Assembly: GCA_002699445.1 (NCBI GenBank)
Contig: PAAU01000022.1
Span: 16,827-80,826 of the forward strand
Length of the DNA stretch: 64,000 nucleotides
Direction of reading: 5' to 3'
Origin: Micrococcales bacterium
GTDB taxonomy: Bacteria > Actinomycetota > Actinomycetes > S36-B12 > GCA-2699445
Shown: positions 55,809 through 64,000 of the stretch, one piece after another
Position numbering within the stretch: the first letter of the stretch is position 1
Layout of the letters: every line of letters begins with the position of its first letter
Notes under the pieces: generated by a model
What the model was told of the DNA's origin: nothing
The model's input: the letters and a program-made list of their open reading frames with translations, nothing else
Database searches by the model: none
Program-made: the position numbers and the translations under genes

Positions 55809-55821
55809 CAACAGGAGGGGA

Positions 55822-56508
55822 TTAGGCCAACTCGGCCTGATTAGGATCCGCGTCGATTGTGATGGCTTCGTACGGCTCACCAGTCGTGACATGGGTCATT
55901 CGTCTGGCGACAGTTACTGCATGGTCGGCGTATCTCTCGTAATAACGCGATAGCAACGTGACATCGATTGCCTCTTCTACCCCATGAGGCCAGGACGGCG
56001 ACAAAACCGTAGAGAACAACTCCCGATGCAGCGCATCCATTTGGTCGTCGTAGCGACCAATCGTCGAAAGTACATCCAGTTGCTCAGTATCCATCAGAAG
56101 CCCCGCAGCGTTCGCGATAGCTTCGGCTAAGGCCCCCATCTGCGCAAAAACGCCACGCAACTCGTTGGGGATGCTCGATTTCGGATATCGCAGGCGAGTC
56201 TGTTTCGCCACATGTTTCGCGAGATCCCCCATGCGCTCTATCGACATGGAAATGCGGATACCACTCATCACCACCCGCAGATCAGCGGCAACTGGCTGCT
56301 GTCTTGCGGCAAGGTCGAAACATCGAGCATCGATCTCCGCGGCGGTAGCGTCGACAGCCACATCGCCAGCGATAACCGACTCGGCAAGCTCAAGGTCAGA
56401 ATCCAGCAGTGCCTGAGTGGCTCGATTTATCGCGGAACCAACCGCAAACGTCATCTCGACTAGTTCGCGCGTGATTTCCGCTAAATCCTGGCGAAACTGT
56501 TCCCTCAC
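55822..56508 (-). CDS. phoU: Phosphate signalling complex protein PhoU
   Basis: 228-aa ORF with two PhoU repeats (ExxxD motifs). GTG start is preceded by GGAGG. Divergent from senX3-regX3. Confidence 0.9.
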   Translation of the reverse strand: MREQFRQDLAEITRELVEMTFAVGSAINRATQALLDSDLELAESVIAGDVAVDATAAEIDARCFDLAARQQPVAADLRVVMSGIRISMSIERMGDLAKHVAKQTRLRYPKSSIPNELRGVFAQMGALAEAIANAAGLLMDTEQLDVLSTIGRYDDQMDALHRELFSTVLSPSWPHGVEEAIDVTLLSRYYERYADHAVTVARRMTHVTTGEPYEAITIDADPNQAELA

Positions 56509-56863
56509 AACGTACCTCCGCCTTCATTCTAGGCACTGCTCCCGGCACTATGGTCAGCCGACAGATGAATAGCGGATTACAGCAAACCCAACCGTATACC
56601 TACAGCGGTTAACGAATTCATTGATACACCAGACGACACTTGCCACATATCGGTCAGTGGAACACACTCCAATAGAGAACTTTTTTTGGTTCATGGGTCT
56701 CATGACCTAACGATCTGTCACGAAAGGTATTCCGATCGCAAAGCAGCCGACCACCGCCAACCGGTTTTGGAATCGGTCTAAAAATCCGGCCAAGGCGTCA
56801 CCCGGGAACATCGACAACGTCGATCCCCCGTCGAGTGACCGGCCGGATCGCGGAACGCTGGAC

Positions 56864-57880
56864 TTGATCACCCAGCTTCCGGGCTCACTCATAGTCTTAG
56901 ATGGTAACGATCGCGTTCAATGGGCAGCTGAACAAATCTTGACTGACCGATTAGTCCGGAGGGACCGGATTGCCGTTCGCTCGGTGCTGGACTGCGCAAT
57001 GGCCGCCCGCGCCAGCGGCGAGACGACCGTAACCAGTGTCTCCATTCTTCGACCACCCCTGCGGACGGGAGACTGGGACCTACGGGTGCGTGCGATTCCC
57101 TTAGATTTCGACTGGGTGCTTCTGGTCATAGATGATCTCTCGGAGGAAAACCGAGTTGCTGCAGTCCGACGGGACTTCATCGCGAACGTAAGCCACGAGC
57201 TCAAGACTCCGGTCGGCGCTGTCGCACTACTCTCCGAGGCTCTGGTCGCTGCTCGAGATGACCCCAAGGCAGTCAGTCACTTCGCCGAAAAAATGCAGAT
57301 TGAGACAGAGCGGCTTTCCAATCTCATTCAGGATGTCATCGACTTGGGTCGGTTACAGGGCGAGGACCCATTGGAAAATGCCCGAGTAGTGCCACTCCCC
57401 GAGATCGCTGATTCTGCAGTGGAGTTTGTACGAGGGGCCGCCGACGCCAAAAACATCACCTTGGCACTCAGCGCCGCACCCGACTCCGACGTCTTTGGTG
57501 AGCGAGACCAAATAGAAACAGCAATGCGCAACGTCTTGGCCAATGCCATCGCGTACAGCTCGCCGCACACTCAGGTCGCAATCTCGGTTCGACCGAACGG
57601 GGCCATCGTCGAAATCACGGTGCGCGATCAGGGCATCGGAATCCCAGAAACAGAACTAGATCGCATCTTCGAACGGTTTTACCGCGTGGATGCGGCACGC
57701 TCACGCGTCACTGGCGGCACCGGCTTAGGTCTGTCCATCGTCCGCAATGTTTGTCGAAATCACGGTGGCGACGTACAGGTGTGGTCAGCCCCAGGTGAAG
57801 GCTCAACATTTACGCTGCAATTACCTCGCTACCAAAAGTCATCCCAAGACAACAGTTCATCCATAGAGGAGAAGCCGTGA
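56864..57880 (+). CDS. senX3: Phosphate-responsive sensor histidine kinase SenX3-like (PAS-HisKA-HATPase, no TM segment)
   Basis: H-box RRDFIANVSHELKTP and G-box GGTGLGLSIV. TTG 56864 is the first canonical start after the in-frame stop at 56708-56710. The GTGA overlap with regX3 supports the pairing. Confidence 0.85.
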   Translation: MITQLPGSLIVLDGNDRVQWAAEQILTDRLVRRDRIAVRSVLDCAMAARASGETTVTSVSILRPPLRTGDWDLRVRAIPLDFDWVLLVIDDLSEENRVAAVRRDFIANVSHELKTPVGAVALLSEALVAARDDPKAVSHFAEKMQIETERLSNLIQDVIDLGRLQGEDPLENARVVPLPEIADSAVEFVRGAADAKNITLALSAAPDSDVFGERDQIETAMRNVLANAIAYSSPHTQVAISVRPNGAIVEITVRDQGIGIPETELDRIFERFYRVDAARSRVTGGTGLGLSIVRNVCRNHGGDVQVWSAPGEGSTFTLQLPRYQKSSQDNSSSIEEKP

Positions 57881-58569
57881 CACGAGTCCTTGTCGTCGAG
57901 GACGAAGATTCCATCCGAGACGCTGTGAGCTTCATGTTGCGTAAGGAAGGATACGAAGTGATAACCGCCGCTGACGGTGTCGCCGCGGTCAGCGCCTACG
58001 AGCGGGAGGATGTCGAACTCATTTTGCTCGACCTGATGCTCCCTGGAATGTCGGGCACCGATGTCTGTCGCCAAATCCGACAAACCTCCAGCGTCCCCAT
58101 CATCATGCTGACGGCAAAGGACAGTGAGATCGACAAAGTTGTGGGTCTCGAACTTGGAGCCGATGATTACGTCACCAAGCCATTCTCGACGCGTGAACTC
58201 ACGGCGCGTATTAAGGCCGTCCTCCGCCGCGGCTCAATCAAAGAAGCGGACAACGACGATGCCATCATTTCCGCCGGTCCCGTGCGGATTGATGTGGAGC
58301 GACATGAGGTGAGCATCGCTGGCGCATCCGCATCGCTACCGCTGAAAGAGTTTGACCTGTTAGCCCTGTTAGCTCGCAACGCCGGTCGAGTCCTGACGCG
58401 AGCACAACTCATCGAACGGGTCTGGGGCTCCGACTACGTGGGAGATACCAAAACCCTCGATGTTCATGTCAAGCGTCTGCGATCCAAGATCGAGCAAGAT
58501 CCTGCCCACCCGCAATACTTAGTCACTATCCGAGGCCTAGGCTACAAATTTGATAGCAACCCAACGTAA
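57877..58569 (+). CDS. regX3: OmpR-family response regulator RegX3
   Basis: Receiver domain (VLVVEDE...LLDLMLPGMSG) plus a winged-helix C-terminus (LVTIRGLGYKF). Confidence 0.92.
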   Translation: MTRVLVVEDEDSIRDAVSFMLRKEGYEVITAADGVAAVSAYEREDVELILLDLMLPGMSGTDVCRQIRQTSSVPIIMLTAKDSEIDKVVGLELGADDYVTKPFSTRELTARIKAVLRRGSIKEADNDDAIISAGPVRIDVERHEVSIAGASASLPLKEFDLLALLARNAGRVLTRAQLIERVWGSDYVGDTKTLDVHVKRLRSKIEQDPAHPQYLVTIRGLGYKFDSNPT

Positions 58570-58575
58570 GGCCAA

Positions 58576-59142
58576 CTATTCGGTGCTTGACTCCGCTGAC
58601 GTTTCGCCCTCGGAGCCCTCGCTACCTTCCTCGACGATAATTATTTCCTTCAATGCTTCGTCGGTTCCTTCGGGAGCGGCATCCACGTATTCTCCGTATG
58701 GCGCGACAACCAGGACTGGAACTTCGGTGCGTGCGGCTGATCTAAAAGTAAAAGTGACGTTGACGTATTGACCGGGACTGGCCTCGAAGTCGGCGAGTGC
58801 CGCTTGAGTTTCAGTACCAGACCTTAGTGTCACCGCACCTAGCGCGGGCAGCTCAAGTGGTTCGGGCGTTAGCGTGACTTCACTGTCAGTCGCGGTAATG
58901 CTCAGCAGCTCATCCGGTTCGTAGGTTGGGTTGTACAAGGTGCCTAGGAAAGCAGCCTCATTAGACCCTTTGTTGCCAGCCACGATGGTGGCATTATCGA
59001 TAAGCATGCCCTCAGCCGAGACTTGGTAGCCATTGCCAGAGCGGGTCTGAAGCTTAGTCTCGGCGTCCTGGCCGGCGTAACATCCGGAAATAAGCGGCAT
59101 CATCAGTGCCAAACCCGCAAACAATGTGACCGAGCGCTTCAC
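58576..59142 (-). CDS. lpqE: LpqE-like lipoprotein
   Basis: GTG 59142 is preceded by AAGGAGG at 5-nt spacing. Lipobox LISGCYAG. Divergent from carD, as lpqE is in mycobacteria. Confidence 0.65.
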   Translation of the reverse strand: MKRSVTLFAGLALMMPLISGCYAGQDAETKLQTRSGNGYQVSAEGMLIDNATIVAGNKGSNEAAFLGTLYNPTYEPDELLSITATDSEVTLTPEPLELPALGAVTLRSGTETQAALADFEASPGQYVNVTFTFRSAARTEVPVLVVAPYGEYVDAAPEGTDEALKEIIIVEEGSEGSEGETSAESSTE

Positions 59143-59367
59143 AGCCGCCTCCTTGTAGTTGACGAACAACAGCCTAGCCAACGACAAGATCATCCACTAC
59201 ATGACGGCGGGTTACCTGCATTAGTCGGTTATATGGGCGTCTAGTCGACTCTTCTTGCAGCTCGAAGTACTCGCTCGTTAGGCGCGGCTAACAGCGTCCG
59301 AGCTATTCGACGGTTTAAGGGCCTCTTCGCCGTGATATTCTTAAGGTCCGGAAAGGGGTTCATCCGC

Positions 59368-59850
59368 ATGACGTTCAAAGTCGGCGACACCGTCGTTTAT
59401 CCCCATCACGGGGCCGCTCAGATCGACGCAATCGAGGTTAAGAACGTCAAAGGAGAGGACCGCGAAATCCTCGTCCTGCGCGTTCAGCAGGGTGACCTCA
59501 CAGTCCGGGTTCCCGCGGACAACGTTGATCTAGTAGGCGTTCGTGATGTGGTCAATTCCGAAGGTCTCGATGAGGTTTTCGAAGTGCTTCGTCAGCCCTA
59601 CGTTGAAGAACCTACTAACTGGTCCCGGCGCTACAAAGCAAACTTGGAAAAACTCGCTTCAGGCGACGTGGTTCGGGTCGCGGAAGTGATTCGCGACCTC
59701 TGGCGGCGCGATCAAGAACGTGGATTATCCGCCGGTGAAAAGCGAATGTTGACGAAGGCACGTGCAGTCCTCGTCAGTGAACTAGCCCTCGCCGAGGAAA
59801 CGAATGAAGATAAGGCTGAGGCTCTTCTCGATGAGGTACTAGCATCCTGA
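59368..59850 (+). CDS. carD: RNA polymerase-binding transcription factor CarD
   Basis: [17 protein letters not shown]...[17 protein letters not shown]...[20 protein letters not shown] is nearly collinear with M. tuberculosis CarD. Confidence 0.95.
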   Translation: MTFKVGDTVVYPHHGAAQIDAIEVKNVKGEDREILVLRVQQGDLTVRVPADNVDLVGVRDVVNSEGLDEVFEVLRQPYVEEPTNWSRRYKANLEKLASGDVVRVAEVIRDLWRRDQERGLSAGEKRMLTKARAVLVSELALAEETNEDKAEALLDEVLAS

Positions 59851-59874
59851 CCGCTGAAGGCCCACACTGACCTG

Positions 59875-60960
59875 GTGAGTCGTCAAATCAAGCCCAACGG
59901 ATTCGTGGTCGAATCGCTGCGAATCCTCGTGGTCATATTTGGCGCCGCATTAGGCCTGCAAATTGCCAGAGCGGTTACTGACGATGCCGACGCAATGATC
60001 CTTGGCTTTCTCACGGCACCCATGATTGGTGTCATAGTCGGAGCTGGACTTGGTTACTCTCTGGGCGGTGGTCTTGCTCGCTATTTGGTGCGAGCCCTGG
60101 ATAGAAGCGACCGGGCGCTTGAAGGTATAACCCCCGAAGAGTTGGTGTCTGGATCTGTAGGTGCTCTTGTCGCTAGTGCACTTGTAGCTCTCATCTCTTG
60201 GCCCGTCTTTCTCCTCGTTTCCCCGCTGATCGCACTCTCAATCTTTGCTTTCCTTGTAGTTCTGGGCGGAGCATTCGGTTTCACTGTTGCCCAACGAAGA
60301 CGTGAAGCCGTGCTGGCCTCGATCGGCAGTAGAACAAGCATGAAAAGTTCAAGTCGACCGCGACACCAGACTCGGTTGCTCGACTCATCTGTCGCTATAG
60401 ATGGTCGGATTGTTGAGGTGGCTCGCGCTGGTTTCGCACTTGGCAGGGTTGTGATGTGTCAACCCGTTCTGGATGAGCTTCAGCAGTTGGCCGATACTTC
60501 TGAAGAAACTCGCCGCAACAAGGGACGGCGCGGGCTGGAGACTCTTGACGTACTAAGACGAACCCCAGGAATTGAAATTTCGGTCATTCCTGATGAAGCT
60601 CCCGAGGTTCCCGACGTCGACGGCAAACTGGTACAGCTCGCGCTCAAGCACAACTATGCGCTTTTGACTATGGATACCGGATTGGCGAAGGTAGCAGCCA
60701 TCTCTGGAGTCGAAGTTCAAAATCTCCACGCACTGTCGATTGCCTTGCGTCCACCGGTAACGGTTGGAGAGTCGTTGTCATTGCACCTGATCCGGCCGGG
60801 CAAGGAGGCTGATCAGGGGGTCGGCTACTTGGACGATGGGACGATGGTGGTAGTCGAGCAGAGCGAACAACACGTCGGTAGTGACGTCGAAGTAGAGATA
60901 ATGAGTGTGCTTATGACTTCCAACGGTCGAATGGCATTCGCTAGGAGGAGATCTGTATGA
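59875..60960 (+). CDS. PIN/TRAM-domain integral membrane protein (YacL-like)
   Basis: 361-aa ORF with 4 N-terminal TM helices, a PIN-like domain (LLDSSVAIDGRI) and a C-terminal TRAM domain. It sits immediately upstream of ispD-ispF, as yacL does in Bacillus. Confidence 0.75.
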   Translation: MSRQIKPNGFVVESLRILVVIFGAALGLQIARAVTDDADAMILGFLTAPMIGVIVGAGLGYSLGGGLARYLVRALDRSDRALEGITPEELVSGSVGALVASALVALISWPVFLLVSPLIALSIFAFLVVLGGAFGFTVAQRRREAVLASIGSRTSMKSSSRPRHQTRLLDSSVAIDGRIVEVARAGFALGRVVMCQPVLDELQQLADTSEETRRNKGRRGLETLDVLRRTPGIEISVIPDEAPEVPDVDGKLVQLALKHNYALLTMDTGLAKVAAISGVEVQNLHALSIALRPPVTVGESLSLHLIRPGKEADQGVGYLDDGTMVVVEQSEQHVGSDVEVEIMSVLMTSNGRMAFARRRSV

Positions 60961-61649
60961 CCGTAGGGTGCATCATCCCGGCAGCGGGTCGCGGTGAACG
61001 AATGGGCAGGGGACAGCCAAAAGCGTTACGGACCTTAGCCGGTGCCAGCCTCTTAGAACATGCGGTGCGAGCCATGGCAGCTAGCCGGCAAGTAGTTCAT
61101 ATCGTTGTCGCAGCCCCTCCCGATCAAGTTGCTTCAACCGGTTCCTTAATGGGATCACTCCGAATTGATGCCCGTGTAGATGTGGTTGCCGGCGGTGAAA
61201 CTCGTACTGACTCGGTCCGACTTGGCATGGCTGCTATGCCCGAAACATGCACTACTATCTTGGTCCACGATGCTGCACGACCGTTGGTCCCGATCGACGT
61301 TGTGGATCGAGTGGCTGCCGCCGTAGAAGATGGAGCACCGGCCGTGGTTCCCGTGGTGCCTATATCCGACACAGTTAAGCAGGTTGATGAAGCTGGGCAG
61401 GTGGTGCGCACCGTCGATCGATCAGAGTTGCGAGCTGCGCAGACCCCGCAAGGCTTCTCTGCTGACGTCTTGCGAAACGCACTGGCCGGCGAAGATCTTG
61501 ATGCCACCGATGATGCGGGACTAGTCGAACGAGCCGGATACCCCGTTCTCGTAGTTCCAGGCGATCAAGAAGCTATGAAGGTGACCCGACCCCTCGATCT
61601 TTTGGTGGCTGAGGCAATAGTCCGGCGGAGGTCTGGACGTGTTCACTGA
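60957..61649 (+). CDS. ispD: 2-C-methyl-D-erythritol 4-phosphate cytidylyltransferase
   Basis: [12 protein letters not shown] motif. ATGA overlap with the upstream gene. Confidence 0.92.
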   Translation: MTVGCIIPAAGRGERMGRGQPKALRTLAGASLLEHAVRAMAASRQVVHIVVAAPPDQVASTGSLMGSLRIDARVDVVAGGETRTDSVRLGMAAMPETCTTILVHDAARPLVPIDVVDRVAAAVEDGAPAVVPVVPISDTVKQVDEAGQVVRTVDRSELRAAQTPQGFSADVLRNALAGEDLDATDDAGLVERAGYPVLVVPGDQEAMKVTRPLDLLVAEAIVRRRSGRVH

Positions 61650-62121
61650 TCTACGCGTAGGAATTGGAACCGATATCCATCAGTTCGACCCGGATCGACC
61701 CTTAATGTTGGCGACCCTACAGTGGCCGGATGAGCCCGGGTTGGCGGGACATAGTGACGGCGACGTGGCAGCTCATGCCGCGTGCGATGCTCTGTTGGCT
61801 GCCGCCGGTATGGGTGATCTAGGCTCCAACTTCGGAGTTGACCAGCCTGGCATGACGAATGCCAGCGGCACCCGTCTACTGACCGAAACTGCAGTCAAGC
61901 TTCGAGGAGCGGGGCATTCCCCGCAGAATATTTCAATCCAGGTGATCGGCAACCGACCCACGTTAGCTCCCCGCAGAGAAGAAGCGTGCGAAGCGATGTC
62001 ACTTGCAGTCGGGTGTCACGTCCACGTCAGTGCCACCACATCAGACGGGCTGGGCTTCACCGGCAGAGACGAGGGTCTTGCGGCGATTGCCACCGCTCTG
62101 GTAGCTATTCGAGCCTCCTAA
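61639..62121 (+). CDS. ispF: 2-C-methyl-D-erythritol 2,4-cyclodiphosphate synthase
   Basis: GIGTDIHQF and GHSDGDV metal-binding motifs. GTG start. Confidence 0.93.
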   Translation: MFTDLRVGIGTDIHQFDPDRPLMLATLQWPDEPGLAGHSDGDVAAHAACDALLAAAGMGDLGSNFGVDQPGMTNASGTRLLTETAVKLRGAGHSPQNISIQVIGNRPTLAPRREEACEAMSLAVGCHVHVSATTSDGLGFTGRDEGLAAIATALVAIRAS

Positions 62122-62158
62122 GGTCCCGCACCGGCATTGACCTCGCTAGCCTTGACGG

Positions 62159-63553
62159 GTGACGCTCCACATTCACGACACCGCGACCCGAAGTCTGCGC
62201 GAGTTCAAGCCGCTGATATCCGGCGTTGCCTCGATATACGTTTGCGGTGCCACTGTGCAATCTGAGCCCCACATCGGACATATGCGTTCGGCAATCGCAT
62301 TCGACATTCTTCGTCGTTGGCTGACATACAGCGAATACAGAGTCACTTTAATCCGCAACGTAACCGATATCGATGACAAGATCCTGGCTAAATCAGGTGA
62401 GGCTGGAGAAGCCTGGTGGGCCTGGGCTTACTTGAACGAACGCCGTTTCGACGAGGCTTACCGTCAGCTAGGCGTTCTGCCACCTACCTACGAGCCAAGA
62501 GCTACTGGCCACATCCCGGAAATGATCGACCTCATGACGCGTCTTATCGCCGCAGGTCACGCCTACGCCACCGATGAGGGCAACGTGTACTTCGATGTGA
62601 GCTCGTGGTCCAACTATGGTGCGCTCAGCGGTCAACGGGTCGACGAAATGCAAACAGCGGAGATGAGCACTGTTGGGAAACGAGATCCACGAGACTTCGC
62701 ACTGTGGAAACGCGCTCGACCGGATGAACCCAGTTGGGGCACACCATGGGGGCCCGGACGTCCGGGTTGGCACTTGGAATGTTCGGCTATGGCCGCCAAA
62801 TACTGCGGTAGCGAATTCGATATTCATGGTGGTGGGCTTGATCTCGTCTTCCCACATCACGAAAACGAGATTGCTCAATCACAGGCGGCGGGGGATCCTT
62901 TCGCCAGCTACTGGATGCACAACAACTGGGTGACCACAGCTGGCGAAAAGATGAGCAAGTCACTCGGGAATTCCCTTCTGGTCAGTGAGCTCCTCAAGAA
63001 CACTCGGCCGATCGAACTGCGCTACTACATGGGATCGGCCCACTATCGCTCCATGCTGGAATTTTCTAGTAAGGCGCTCGAGGAAGCAGCCGCAGGATTC
63101 CGTCGGGTTGAATCTTTCGTACGGCGGGCTAGCGCCATGACCGGCGGCGTCAACCCTGCCCACTACTCCGTACCGAAGTCGTACACCAGGGCCATGGACG
63201 ATGACCTCGGTGTACCGGCCGCACTGGCGGTTTTGCATGATCATGTGACGCAAGGCAACGACGCGTTAACTCGAGGTGAGGATGCCAAGGAACTTTTGGG
63301 GCAGGTACGAGCCATGTCCGCAGTCTTGGGAGTAGATCCATTAGATCCGACCTGGTCCAGCGAGGACAACCCACGCGCTGAAGGTGCACTCGATAGCGTG
63401 GTCAACTACCTCCTGGACAAAAGGGAAGCGGCCCGTTCCGAACGAGACTTCGACACTGCGGATGCAATTCGAGCGGAACTAGCCAGCAGCGGACTAGCTA
63501 TAGAAGACGGTGCTAACGGCTCCACCTGGAGCTTCGATGAGTCGGGAGGTTGA
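62159..63553 (+). CDS. cysS: Cysteine--tRNA ligase
   Basis: Class I motifs HIGH (PHIGHMRS) and KMSKS. Confidence 0.95.
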   Translation: MTLHIHDTATRSLREFKPLISGVASIYVCGATVQSEPHIGHMRSAIAFDILRRWLTYSEYRVTLIRNVTDIDDKILAKSGEAGEAWWAWAYLNERRFDEAYRQLGVLPPTYEPRATGHIPEMIDLMTRLIAAGHAYATDEGNVYFDVSSWSNYGALSGQRVDEMQTAEMSTVGKRDPRDFALWKRARPDEPSWGTPWGPGRPGWHLECSAMAAKYCGSEFDIHGGGLDLVFPHHENEIAQSQAAGDPFASYWMHNNWVTTAGEKMSKSLGNSLLVSELLKNTRPIELRYYMGSAHYRSMLEFSSKALEEAAAGFRRVESFVRRASAMTGGVNPAHYSVPKSYTRAMDDDLGVPAALAVLHDHVTQGNDALTRGEDAKELLGQVRAMSAVLGVDPLDPTWSSEDNPRAEGALDSVVNYLLDKREAARSERDFDTADAIRAELASSGLAIEDGANGSTWSFDESGG

Positions 63554-63554
63554 G

Positions 63555-64000
63555 ATGGCTGGCAACTCAGCGCGCCAGGGGGCGGTTCGCAAATCAAAGA
63601 AAAAGCAAACCGGCGGCTCTGGCGGCAAGCGCAAGAAGGGGCTTTCAGGTAAAGGCCCAACGCCGAAAGCAGCTGATCGGCCCGGTCACCCGGCTTCCCG
63701 TAAAGCTGCTCGAAATAAGAAAGCGGCAGATCGTGAGGGCACGACTCGTCGAGAGGTTATTTTGGGGCGTAATGCCGTAGATGAGGCGCTATCCGCTGGA
63801 ATCCCCGGCATAGAGCTGACGATTGCCGACTCAGCCAGCGAGGATGTCCGCATCACTCGGGCCCGCGCCGCGGCCCAGGCAGCTGGGATACCAACGGTCG
63901 TAGTCAACAAAAGAGACCTCGACCGGATCGCCGACGGGCTTCCCCACCAAGGAGTCGCGCTGACAGTCGCGCCTTTTCACTACGTTGAGCTGCACGATGT
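63555..64000 (+). CDS. rlmB: 23S rRNA (guanosine-2'-O)-methyltransferase RlmB-like (TrmH family), 5' partial at window edge
   Basis: ATG 63555 lies 1 nt after the cysS stop. The basic N-terminus MAGNSARQGAVRKSKKKQTGGSGGKRKKGLSGKGPTPKA is followed by GRNAVDEAL...HQGVAL (SpoU substrate-binding domain). The ORF runs off the window end, so it is absent from the ORF track. It holds the same position after cysS as in mycobacteria and Bacillus. Confidence 0.8.
   Translation, partial: MAGNSARQGAVRKSKKKQTGGSGGKRKKGLSGKGPTPKAADRPGHPASRKAARNKKAADREGTTRREVILGRNAVDEALSAGIPGIELTIADSASEDVRITRARAAAQAAGIPTVVVNKRDLDRIADGLPHQGVALTVAPFHYVELHD

Noticed and set aside
59278-59296. Second IdeR-like sequence ttaggcgcggctaacagcg upstream of carD
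   Set aside because: It matches the iron-box consensus at only about 12/19 positions, with a disrupted centre and right arm. carD is not an expected iron-regulon gene.
63550-63780. 76-aa ORF in the track starting at 63550
   Set aside because: It is in the wrong frame. The frame starting at ATG 63555 encodes a recognisable RlmB/TrmH N-terminus and stays open to the window edge.

Overview
This is a core chromosomal segment of a mycothiol-producing Actinomycetota genome with moderately high GC content. Markers include mshA, whiB1, pdtaS, carD, kgd, sigH/rshA, ideR and Ni-SOD. Gene order repeats several blocks I recall from Mycobacterium and Streptomyces: sirA-cysH-ferrochelatase, rsbW-sigF, whiB1/pdtaS, rshA-sigH, mrp with the MgtE-N and DUF1003 genes, mshA-ybjN-gpmA, senX3-regX3, and lpqE/carD-ispD-ispF-cysS-rlmB. 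About 70 densely packed CDSs are supported, many coupled by 1-8 nt overlaps. I saw no rRNA, tRNA, CRISPR array, IS element or prophage, and nothing resembles a classical defence island. The most informative non-CDS signals are regulatory. A near-consensus IdeR/DtxR iron box sits in front of a Fe3+ ABC operon, and the cognate regulator is encoded in the same window. Two matching SigH/SigR-type promoters (GGGAATG-N16-CGTT) sit directly upstream of sigH itself and of mshA. Two conserved micro-ORFs fall below the ORF-track cutoff: a 24-aa bL37-like ribosomal protein and a 57-aa acidic protein. The less ordinary gene-level candidates are listed here:
- a convergent pair of paralogous secreted S8 subtilases with extremely basic FN3-like tails
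- a chromosomal ParA plus lysine-rich ribbon-helix-helix (ParG-like) module coupled to pdxH
- sodX/sodN packed directly against rsbW-sigF
- an orphan PilT ATPase coupled to a hotdog thioesterase
- a SenX3-like kinase with no membrane anchor
- two perfect micro-duplications (24 bp and 19 bp)
All functional calls rest on motif recognition and remembered homology. No database search was run.
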